Shown: positions 13,101 through 24,344 of the stretch, piece by piece
Layout: each line of letters opens with the position of its first letter
How positions within the stretch are numbered: the first letter of the stretch is position 1
Assembly: GCF_000143415.4 (NCBI RefSeq)
Contig: NW_003314310.1
Span: 223,904-287,903, forward strand
Reading direction: 5' to 3'
DNA from: Selaginella moellendorffii
Lineage: Eukaryota; Plantae; Lycopodiophyta
Length of the DNA stretch: 64,000 bases
Made by a program: the position numbers and the translations under genes
Notes under the pieces: model-generated
The model's database searches: none
Told to the model about the DNA's origin: nothing
The model's input: only the letters and a program-made list of their open reading frames with translations

Positions 13101-14201
13101 TCTCCACAAGTGTGGTTTTGCCAACCAACACTTCCAGCCCCTCGACACAAGCATCGAAATGTTGAGCAGAGGTAGCTGCACCTTCCACTGTGTATGGAAG
13201 AACTCCGCGTGTGATCAGGCCATGCTCCGCAACAAACTTTGCAGAAACAAAGTTGTCATCGCTCCCACTATCCAGTAAAATCCGCACTGGATCACCACGG
13301 AATATGCCCTCCAGCATTAAAGCTGATTCACGCGTATCCTCGAGCTCCATCATGTTCCACACACAGTTGAGCTGACAAGCAATGACCGAAAGTCTCTTTC
13401 TCTGACCAGAATGGTCATTTTCGTCATCCTCACGCTGCAAAGTTTGGAACTTTTTAGTATCTGATTTACCGAGAGAAGAAGATTGGCCAATCTTCTTGTC
13501 CTAGTGCTTCCGCAATGATGACAACCATGTCTATAATTCTTCACAAAGAATTTCTGCTTCTTGGACCCCTTTGCATCTGAGGTAGTCACCACTGACTTCA
13601 ACTTGTGATGTTTGTTCCCATCCTTGTGTTCACGGCGATCATCATGATGATTCTCAACAGAAGGACTCTGCGAACGCTTGCGAGACTTGTGCTTGTCATT
13701 GTCAAGTCGACAAGCCGCATCAAAGAGCTCCTCCAAACTCTTTGTAGGCTGAGAATGACGCAAGTGTTGCCGCATGCTCTCACTATGTAGGCCATCAATG
13801 AAGTAGAACTTGTTCTAATCTGGATCCTTCGTTGGAACACGACTAATCAAGCGAGTAAGCTTCTTAATATAATCCCCGAGTGTCATTTTCCCTTGCTGGA
13901 AATGTCAAAGTTTTGTACGAGCATTCTCCACGTCGTAATGAGGGGCAAAACGTAAACAGAAAGCAGCCTCAAACTCATACATGGTAGACACTGGTGGTTT
14001 TATATCCGCAACACGGGACTCCTCAAGCCAATTCCACCATCGAAGACCCGCATCACACAAAACCATCGGAATAGCCACTAAAGCCTCTGCATCTAGAGTT
14101 CCCTTAGCAGCCAAGAACTTCTTCACATTGGCTAGCCAAGCGAGACACTTATCCACACCACCATCACCGGAAAAAGTTGGAATCTTGAGTCTATCTACCA
14201 A
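10125..14201 (-). pseudogene. gag-protease-RT-RNase H-integrase polyprotein with stops and frameshifts
   Basis: Gag IPTFSG...WW, protease LLDSGSDDNF, RT MCIDY/FLDNI, RH TCDASGYALG, INT MDFIT/SDRD and GPY module (RYVGPYEVLERIG). Confidence 0.95.
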
Positions 14202-14430
14202 AGAAGGCTTACTTGGAGCGGTACCCCGTCCAGCCTAGAGTGCCTCAACATGCCCACGCATGGTATCCATCATGCCATGCATTTCGTCTTGCATCTCTTG
14301 CTGATTTCAATTAAGGGCTCGCAACTCATGAACCACATCTTGAATGGTTCAAATCTCCGCAGCTTCATCAGCACCACCATCGACAATAGGATTCCAGCAT
14401 TCAGCTTGGTCAACCATCGCAACCAACCTG

Positions 14431-14442
14431 TCTCTGATACCA
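14431..14442 (-). promoter_or_regulatory. Primer-binding site (initiator tRNA-Met)
   Basis: Minus strand TGGTATCAGAGA starts 1 bp after the 5' LTR. Confidence 0.9.
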
Positions 14443-14443
14443 A

Positions 14444-14676
14444 TGTTATGATCCAGCGCAAAAAGACAAAGATCTAGTCGCCCTAGACTATGCTACTCCA
14501 CCTCTTGAGGTTCCTCACCACCCAACCACCCCCGAGCTACCTCAAAAGCTCCATTGTGCCGCTGCTCCACTGTGAGCCCTAGGGTAGGTTAAGTCCCTTA
14601 CCCTAACATACCTTAATATACCCTTGAGCCTCCCTTTGACCAATGTTGACCACATAGTCAAAGCTGGCGCCTAACA
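14444..14676 (-). repeat. 5' LTR, family 1
   Basis: TGTTATGATCC...CCTAACA with TG...CA termini. Confidence 0.95.
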
Positions 14677-14681
14677 ATGAC

Positions 14682-17216
14682 ATTCGGGATGATATCTATT
14701 GAGCTATCATATCCTGGCAATGCCAAACCTGCACACTCATCAACTCGTGTAATACTATGATAGCAAGAGTAGCGGCAGAGAGCACGGTAGTTATTGTTCC
14801 AGTAGCATGGTAGTAGATGTTCCAGGATGGAGTGTCACCTTGTAAAGATGGTAACCCATCAGGCAGGTCGAAGAATGTAAGGTCAATGCCGAAAGTATTG
14901 TTCATTCCCAATCCTCGCATCCATCAATGGAACATAGAAGACTCTCGGCTCACGTTGTTGGAAAGCTGAAAGTAGTCCCCAATAACTATTTCCACGTTGC
15001 CAACACTTCTTGTAGGAGAAAGAGGGCGAACCTGAATAGTGTTCAAAACCGGGAAATATTAAAGTTAATACATGTTTTTTTTCATACCTATTTATGTGAA
15101 ACCGATGAAGATAACTCTTGGAGGTTATCCTCTATAGCAGTGGGGAGGGATGGAAAGAATGCATTTGTATGTTGACATATAGAGTGCTGGCTGGTTTCTC
15201 CGACATCTACAACCAAATTACAATAAGCAAGGTCATTGGAAATCAAGTTCTTACTCTCTTGGACGTCCTCACTATGGAGCTGCCTTGTATATTTCGAGTA
15301 GTCGGGGCTGGATGAGCAGCGGTAGTAGGATCTGGGGAATGAGCAACTGCTGTATGATAAGATGGGGTAGGAGAGTTTTCAGCTGGGTTCTCCACTCATT
15401 CGTCTTCGGTCTGCTCAATATGAATCTCGTCCTTGTCTTGAGGCATCTCCACTCCCTCCAAAAGTGCCTCTACAATAAAGTAGAAACATAAGTTACTACT
15501 AGGATATTTTACTCATCAAACCTGGATGACACTCGAGGTAGAGATCAAACTCAAAAGGTGATGATGGCATTTGCCTCCACAACTCCAAGTACAATGGACA
15601 AAGTTCTCACTCCCACACAGTGGAACACTGGAACTCTAGCTCATACATACCAAATTTCTTCCCACCAATTAAAAGCTTGAGAAAAACACTTGTTATGTAC
15701 ACTAGAGCACCTGGGCAATGAGTTAAATACCTACAAAACAGCCATGATTACATAAACAAGTCAATTTCTTGCAATATACCTATCTACCTTGTGGTGCGAA
15801 TAAAATGGTTGGCCCAGCTGATTCTTGAAATCCATAGAGCTTGAGCTGCCATTAGGAAGCCATCCATCCCCAAGCTCTTGAAGGGAAGCTTAGACATATT
15901 CTGGAAGTGTTATGCTGGTGCATGCACTAGTAAGGAACTTCATATCCTATACTTGAAGTAGCTCCTCAGCAGCCACAATACTCTGAGTGATATAGAGCTT
16001 CTTCTTCATCACATTCTCAAGTTTGCTCTCCAACCTCTTATCATTGTTATGATGCCAAGTGTTGAGGAGCTCCAAGCAAGAGGTTTGTTCGTTGAAAGAG
16101 AGTTTGCTTTTTGTGATGTTATAGATCAATTCTTCATGTGTTTTACCATTTCCTTCAAGGACAAGGATTTCAAAGTGGAATGAGAAAGATAAAAGTGATT
16201 TACTGCCACAAGAGCATATCTTTGCAATGCAATCCAGCCAATCTTTATCGCATCAGATATCCGCAATCACAAGTAGCTTCTTCACCCTTGATTTCCTCAA
16301 GTTCAAAATGTGCTGCTCAATTTGTCGCAATTCAAGGTTCTTTTGCACCTCATCCGTCACTTGCATAATCTTCAAATATGAGTTTTGCTCTGCCTTGACA
16401 ATTGGCTAAAAGGAAAACTTGTGAGTAAAAAACTCAAGTTCATGCAAGAAAAGGACACCTTTGCCCAGACTGCAACCAAAAAATCCATAGGCACCTGATA
16501 CCAAGTAAGCAACTCTTGGCCTTTACGTGCTACAAGCTTTGCTTGAACTGCTTCCATAACCTCACGACTATACAACGTTTGAATTTCCTTGAGAGAAAGC
16601 ATGCCAACATAATGAAGGTGCTCGATATCATGGACAAGGTATATGCTTGGAAAGCAAATTGATTAAGTCTATAATATAGGTTGTGTGAACAAAAGTTACT
16701 AGTAAGGGATTCTTACATGTTGATCTTGTGACATGCCAAGTTGAGCCTCACAACTTGGTTTTGATCCTTTGGCTCCACAAGTGTCATTGGAACACAAATA
16801 TATCACTTGTCATCGTTTTGGAACTTCTCTTGGATACACCTCCAAAATGCAAGCCACTGGTGGTTTCCATTAATAATGAAGAACATCCAGCCTACAAAGG
16901 CTTGTCTCTCCTTGTGGCAGGCCATCAAAGTATCAAACTCCTGAGATTTCCTCTGCCATATTTGATCCGAAGTCTGCTTAATCTCAGGAGTAACTATGTC
17001 TATGCGATTTGTTCTGGGGAATGATGATGACACAATAAATGATCCAGTAGTGTGCCCGAATCCAACCTCTATGAAAGAGGTATAAAAAGCCATTTTGAGG
17101 TCATAGGCTGAGTGCACCTATTGACTCTACTTAAGATGGCAAAGTGGAATCTGAAGATGTTGGGATCCTTTCTAAGCCATTTCACCTAACACCCTGCTGA
17201 TAGTTCGTTTTTGAAT
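14682..17216 (-). pseudogene. ParB/Srx-like + MTase-like accessory gene of element A, copy 1 (continues at 9591-9818)
   Basis: MFFIINGNHQWLAFW (ParB-like DGxHR variant) at 16803-17117; IDLTFFDLPDGLP..PSWN (motif IV-like) at 14696-14920; GT-AG introns. Confidence 0.7.
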
Positions 17217-17514
17217 GAGCCTGGGTAGGTTTTGAGCTCATGAGCTCACGACTGCTCAAACACAAGGAAAACATTGGTTCGTCCTGAACCAACATCTTTT
17301 CATTTTTCAAATTTTGATTTAGTCTATATTTCCAAGTAAATTCGATCAATAAAATACAAATATAAATATAGATCCAAACACCAAAAGTGATCTAGAAACA
17401 CTTCTCAAATGCTGCAATTATAAGGCTTGCCTGATGAATCTGATGGTCAACCTTAGGATCTTGGTTTAGTTCTTGCATAAAAATGTAATATAATGTAAAA
17501 ATGTAATGTAAAAA

Positions 17515-19330
17515 TGAATTATACCTATATGCTATGCGGCACAAGAAAAATGGTTAACCTAACTGGTTCTTGAAATCCATGGAGCTTGAGCTGCCATCAG
17601 GAAGCCATCCATCCCCAAACTCTTGAAGGGAAGCTTGGACATATTCTGGAAGTGTTATGCCAATGCAGGCACTAGTAAGGAACTTCGTATCCCATACTTG
17701 AAATAGCTCCTCAGCAGCCGCAATACGCTGAGTGATATAGAGCTCCTTCTTCATCACATTCTCAAGTTTGCTCTCCAACCTCTTATCATTGTTACGATGC
17801 CAAGTGTTGAGGAGCTCCAAGCAAGAGGTTTGTTCGTTGAAAGAGAGTTTGCTTTTTGTGATGTTATAGATCAATTCTTCATGTGTTTTACCATTTCCTG
17901 CAAGGACAAGGATTTCAAAGTGGAATGAGAAAGATAAAAGGGATTTACTGCCACAAGAGCATATCTTTGCAATGCAATCCAGCCAATCTTTATCGCATCA
18001 GATATCCGCAATCACAAGTAGCTTCTTCACCCTTGATTTCCTCAAGTTCAAAATGTGCTGCTCAATTTGTCGCAATTCAAGGTTCTTTTGCACCTCATCC
18101 GTCACTTGCATAATCTTCAAATATGAGTTTTGCTCTGCCTTGACAATTGGCTAAAAGGAAAACTTGTGAGTAAAAAACTCAAGTTCATGCAAGAAAAGGA
18201 CACCTTTGCCCAGACTGCAACCAAAAAATCCATAGGCACCTGATACCAAGTAAGCAACTCTTGGCCTTTACGTGCTACAAGCTTTGCTTGAACTGCTTCC
18301 ATAACCTCACGACTATACAGCATTTGGATTTCCTTGAGAGAAAGCATGCCAACATATTAAAGGTGCTCGATATCATGGACCAAGGTATGTGCTTGGAAAG
18401 CAAATTGATTAAGCCTGTAACATAGTTGGTGTGAACAAAAGTTACTAGTAAGGGATTCTTACATGTTGATCTTGTGACATGCCAAGTTGAGCCTCACAAC
18501 TTGGTTTTGATCCTTTGGCTCCACAAGTGTCATTGGAACACAAATATATCACTTGTCATCATTTTGGAACTTCTCCTGGATCCCTCCAAAATGCAAACCA
18601 CTGATGGTTTCCATCAATAATGAAGAACATCCAGCCTACAAAGGCTTGTGTCTCCTTGTGGCACGCTATCAAAGTATCAAACTCTTGAGATTTCCTCTGC
18701 CATATTTGATCCCAAGTCTGCTCAATCTCGTGAGTAACCATATCTATGCAATTTGTTTTAGGGAATGATGAGGACACAATAAAAGATCCAACAGTGTGCC
18801 CAAATCCAACCTCTATGAAAGAGGTATAAATAGCCATTTTGAGGTCATAGGCTGAGTGCACCCAGTGACCTTTCTTAAGACGGCAAAGTGGAATTTGAAG
18901 ATGTTGGGATCCTTTCCAAGCCATTTCACCTAACACCTTGCTGATAGTTTGTTCTTGAGCTTGGAAAATAGTCTCGTGTACTCACTCATTCAAGATTGTG
19001 TCGACCTCTAGCATAGATACCACCTCATTTCTGTGACCTTCAGGAGCAGCAGCATGTCTGCCATTTCCACCACCAAGATCTGCCCCACCACCTATACCAC
19101 CAGGTGCCTCATTTCTGCCACTAAGTTTTGCACCACCACCTATGGCACTACCACCAGCAGCTTCTCCTGTGCTATAGCTAGCTTTTGCATTTCCACACTC
19201 TCTAGAACCATTTGGCTCTTACATGCTAACACCTGGATCAAGATCAACCATTACTTGGATCTAGACACCACTACTCCCACTATGGTCTTCCTCCAAAACA
19301 GCGCTTTGAACTTGTGAGGTGTCCCTAGTG
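17515..19330 (-). pseudogene. Second partial copy of the ParB-like gene (5' half)
   Basis: Direct repeat of ~15790-17210; IPLCRL...MFFIIDGNHQWFAFW. Confidence 0.75.
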
Positions 19331-19489
19331 AATCTAGCACAACGATTTAGTCATTTTCCTGGAGAACAGGTCCATTGAGGTTGACCGGCACGCTTCTTCT
19401 ATTGTGCCATGATTTATATATCTACATGAAAATGAAAGTTTTCTCTTATTTTCATTTTTTGTCACATTTAAATGTTGCATTTTTCCTAG

Positions 19490-20750
19490 GATCAACCACT
19501 TGATGACATTGCACTTACACCAACAATTAATCTCTCTGAGAGCAAACATTGGAGTTGGAGAGCTTTCGAAGCAGGGAAAGGAAAAGTGTCCCTCTATGAA
19601 GCTACACTCTCCAACCTCACAAGATCTCTTGAGCAGTCATCAAAAGCTTTGGTTGCACAGGAAGCAAGGTTTACTAGTACAAGTCCGAACTTAGACAAGC
19701 TTCGAGAGCGGGTTGGTAGAAGGACAACACCAGTAACCGAGTCAATATCTAAGATGGTGGGGGAAGTTGTTACTGGAACTCCTATGGAATCAAGTTATGA
19801 ACCACTTGGGGACATGAGGACAGCTCCTTTGAAGCATCGATAGACATTTGGTGGGCCCAACATCACTCCTTCTAGCTCTCACCGTCCAAAGTTTGACTAC
19901 CATTCTATTCCACGACACCAGAGAAGAACTAAGGAACATGGAGTGGAGGAAATGCCAATTGTTACACAAGTAAATCCAGTGCCAGAGGTTGAGAAGATTA
20001 TTGCTCGTGAGCTAGTTTCTCGTACCAACTGGGCAATTCGAAGAGTCACTGCCAAGAGTAATGCATGTTGCTCTGGAATGATTAGGAGTCAAGGTTAGTG
20101 TCTTACATTTGTGCACTTGAGTTCAAGTTCTTCAGCAGTACCATGTTTCTGGGGCTGCCGAGTTCTAGGGGTAAAGGGCTGCCAATCAAATTGGATTTAC
20201 TGTTGTGGGACTGATATTACTCATATAAACCGGATCCACAGCTCAAATATCTCGAAGCTAGATTCTGTGGCAGAGGAGTGGCCAATTGAGCGAAGTTGCA
20301 ATCTTTTAAAAGAAGAGATTGAAAGTCTGCTAGTTTCATGTTGAAGACTTCCTCAAATGTTGCTATTAATACAACTATGCCACCAATGTCAACACTAGAC
20401 AAACATACATGACCAACTAGAAATGGGAAGGCTGTACAATATAGGTCTTCCATTTCAAAAGGTGCACAAGAGAAGATCAAGCTGGCAAAGGCATTGAAAT
20501 GCATAATCACAAGGATAAACTACATCAATGCTGTGGTTAAGGAGTTTGTTGTTGTGACTAAGTAGTCAAAGGGTACAAGTTACACTATCAAAATCTGTGA
20601 AAATCCATCTTGTACCTGTCCAGATTTTACACAGAGGGAGAACAGGTGAAAGGTATATTTAGTCTGCAAGCACATCTATTACATTTTTATGCAAGAACTA
20701 AACCAAGATCCTAAGGTTGACCATCAGATTCATCAGGCAAGCCTTATAAT
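19490..20750 (+). pseudogene. MULE-type transposase, C-terminal half with SWIM zinc finger
   Basis: After an AG acceptor at 19489: PTINLSESKH (MULE catalytic-E motif). At 20580-20700: YTIKICENPSCTCPDF...CKHIYYIF (SWIM). Confidence 0.72.
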
Positions 20751-20950
20751 TGCAGCATTTGAGAAGTGTTTCTAGATCACTTTTGGTGTTTGGATCTATA
20801 TTTATATTTGTATTTTATTGATCGAATTTACTTGGAAATATAGACTAAATCAAAATTTGAAAAATGAAAAGATGTTGGTTCAGGACGAACCAATGTTTTC
20901 CTTGTGTTTGAGCAGTCGTGAGCTCATGAGCTCAAAACCTACCCAGGCTC

Positions 20951-23940
20951 ATTCAAAAACGAACTATCAGCAGGGTGTTAGGTGAAATGGCTTAGAAAGG
21001 ATCCCAACATCTTCAGATTCCACTTTGCCATCTTAAGTAGAGTCAATAGGTGCACTCAGCCTATGACCTCAAAATGGCTTTTTATACCTCTTTCATAGAG
21101 GTTGGATTCGGGCACACTACTGGATCATTTATTGTGTCATCATCATTCCCCGGAACAAATCGCATAGACATAGTTACTCCTGAGATTAAGCAGACTTCGG
21201 ATCAAATATGGCAGAGGAAATCTCAGGAGTTTGATACTTTGATGGCCTGCCACAAGGAGACACAAGCCTTTGTAGGCTGGATGTTCTTCATTATTAATGG
21301 AAACCACCAGTGGCTTGCATTTTGGAAGTGTATCCAAGAGAAGTTCCAAAACGATGACAAGTGATATATTTGTGTTCCAATGACACTTGTGGAGCCAAAG
21401 GATCAAAACCAAGTTGTGAGGCTCAACTTGGCATGTCACAAGATCAACATGTAAGAATCCCTTACTAGTAACTTTTGTTCACACAACCTATGTTATAGAC
21501 TTAATCAATTTGCTTTCCAAGCATATACCTTGTCCATGATATCGAGCACCTTCATTATGTTGGCATGCTTTCTCTCAAGGAAATTCAAACGTTGTATAGT
21601 CGTGAGGTTATGGAAGCAGTTCAAGCAAAGCTTGTAGCACGTAAAGGCCAAGAGTTGCTTACTTGGTATCAGGTGCCTATGGATTTTTTGGTTGCAGTCT
21701 GGGCAAAGGTGTCCTTTTCTTGCATGAACTTGAGTTTTTTACTCACAAGTTTTCCTTTTAGCCAATTGTCAAGGCAGAGCAAAACTCATATTTGAAGATT
21801 ATGCAAGTGACGGATGAGGTGCAAAAGAACCTTGAATTGCGACAAATTGAGCAACACATTTTGAACTTGAGGAAATCAAGGGTGAAGAAGCTACTTGTGA
21901 TTGCGGATATCTGATGCGATAAAGATTGGCTGGATTGCATTGCAAAGATATGCTCTTGTGGCAGTAAATCACTTTTATCTTTCTCATTCCACTTTGAAAT
22001 CCTTGTCCTTGAAGGAAATGGTAAAGCACCTAAAAAATTGATCTATAACATCGCAAAAAGCAAGCTCTCCTTCAATGAACAAACCTCATGCTTGGAGCTC
22101 CTCAACACTTGGCATCGTAACAATGATAAGAGGTTGGAGAGCAAACTTGAGAATGTGATGAAGAAGGAGCTCTATATCACTCAGCGTATTGCGGCTGCTG
22201 AGGAGCTATTTCAAGTATGGGATACGAAGTTCCTTACTAGTGCCTGCATTGGCATAACACTTCCAGAATATGTCCAAGCTTCCCTTCAAGAGTTTGGGGA
22301 TGGATGGCTTCCTGATGGCAGCTCAAGCTCCATGGATTTCAAGAACCAGTTAGGTTAACCATTTTTCTTATGCCGCATAGCATATAGGTATAATTCAAAA
22401 AATTGACTTGCTTATTTAATCATGGCTCCTTTGTAGGTATTTAAATCATTGCCCAGGTTCTCTAGTGTACACAGCAAGTGATTTTCTCAAGCTCTTAATT
22501 GGTGAGAAGAAACTTGGCATCTATGAGCCAAAGTTCCATTGTCTCACTGTGTGGGAGTGAGAACTTTGTCCATGGTACTTGGAGTTGTGGAGGCAAATGC
22601 CATCGTCACCTTTTGAGCTTGATCTCTACCTCAAGTGTCATCTAGGTTTGATGAGTAAATTTTCCTAGCAATAACTTATGTTTCTACTTTATTGTAAAGG
22701 CACTTTTGGAGGGAGTGGAGATGCCTCAAGATAGGGACAAGATTCATATTGAGCAGACCAAAGATTAACAAGTGGAGAACCTGGCTGAAAACTCTCCTGC
22801 CCTATCTCATCCTATAGTAGTTGCTCATTCCCCAAATCCTACTGCCGCTGGTCGTCCAGCCCCGAGTCAACTCCATAGTGAGGATGTCCAAGAGAGTAAG
22901 AACTTGATTTTCAATGACCTTGCTTATTGTAATTTGGTTATAGATGTTGGAGAAACCAGCCAACACTCTATACATTGATGTATAAATGCATTCTTTCCAT
23001 CCCTCCTTACTGCTACAAAGGATGACCTCCAAGAGTTATCTTCATCAGCTTCACATAAACATGTATGAAAAAAAACATGTATTAACTTTAATATTTCTTG
23101 GTTTTGAACACTATTCAAGTTCGCCCTCTTTCTCCTACGGGAAGTGTTGGCAATGTGGAAATAGTTATTGGGGACTACTTTCAGCTTTTCAACGACTTGA
23201 GCTGTGAGTTTTTATGTTTCATTGATGGCTGCGAGGATTGGGAATGATTAATACTTTCGACAATTACCTTATGTTCTTCTACTTTTCTGATGGTTTACCA
23301 CATTTACAAAGCCACACTCCATCCTAGAACATCCTTTGACCAGACACTCCATCCTGGCATCCAAGGTGTTGTGATATGAGGGCATTATGCTAGTCATTCT
23401 TCCCCGTTCTTTATTTTGGGGAGGTCTTCTTGCAACGATGGTGGTGAATGATGACTCTTGGTTGAGTTTACATCAGGATGCCTACTCTCAAACATCCTAG
23501 TCGAAACAAAAGAAGCAAGTGGCCGAATCCAAAAGGTTTGCATTTCCTTATTTTTCATATCTTAAATTGATTGCTTCTTTTCATTGTAGGTTTTAGTATG
23601 TAACTACCATGCTTTCTACTGCTACTCTTGCTATCATAGTATTACACGAGTTGATGAGTTTGTAGGTTTGGCATTGCCAGGATATGATAGCTCAATAGAT
23701 ATCATCCCGAATGTCATTGACAAGGACCATCATATAGAGTTCCCTAGCTATTGACATCATTCACCAAAGGCCATGCAAGTCCTCTTAGAGTTGTCTTGTC
23801 CTCCTAAGGGGATTGTGCTTGATGCTACAGTAAGTTTTGGTTCGATGGTGCTAGCAGCTAAAGAAACTAGCTGTGCAGCATTTGCACTAAAGAAGGAGAG
23901 TGCATTTGAAGGTGTTCTTGGGACATTTTATAACAGATGA
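20951..23940 (+). pseudogene. ParB-like + MTase-like accessory gene of element A, inverted copy lacking the gypsy insertion
   Basis: Inverted repeat of 9188-9818 + 14677-17216; ends KAMQVLLELSCPPKGIVLDATVSFGSMVLAAKE...*. Confidence 0.75.
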
Positions 23941-24344
23941 TACTAAAGTATAAATTTCTCATTATAGTAATTCCATCATGGTTGTGTATATTAAGTGGAT
24001 CGATGACATGGGTTATAATTTGTCATGTTATGCAGAAGGAATGGCACAAGCTTATATACAACAAGAGCCCATAGTTAGAGAGCATAATACTATACAAACT
24101 CCTCCTTTTGTGGATGTGGATGCCAAGGAAGACTAAGTTTAGTTTTTTTTTAATCAAATGTTTTAGTGGTAATATTTAGAGTTTCTTCTTTGACTTATGA
24201 TATTTATTTTCTTATTGAACTTATAATATTTAGCTTTTTCTTAGACTGAAAATATGTCTTAAATTTTACATAGAATTGTTGGTTTGTCCTGAACCAATCA
24301 TTTAAACATCAACTTTTGTATATAATGGACTATATTGACTTTCA

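Larger units (their letters stand above)
9819..14676 (-). mobile_element. Structurally complete Ty3/gypsy LTR retrotransposon (family 1), 4858 bp, decayed gag-pol
   Basis: LTRs 9819-10051 and 14444-14676 (233 bp each); ATGAC TSD at 9814-9818 and 14677-14681; PBS and PPT present; empty site visible at ~23700-23740. Confidence 0.97.
9143..24344. mobile_element. Rearranged Mutator-like (MULE) DNA transposon complex carrying a ParB-like/MTase-like accessory gene (element A)
   Basis: TIR-like ends at 9143 (GGGGCTAGGTAGTTTTTGAGCT), 17217 and, inverted, 20950 (GAGCCTGGGTAGGTTTTGAGCT; 18/22 match). Contains a transposase 3' half with NLSESKH and a SWIM finger, three ParB-like segments and two MTase-like segments. 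Confidence 0.7.
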
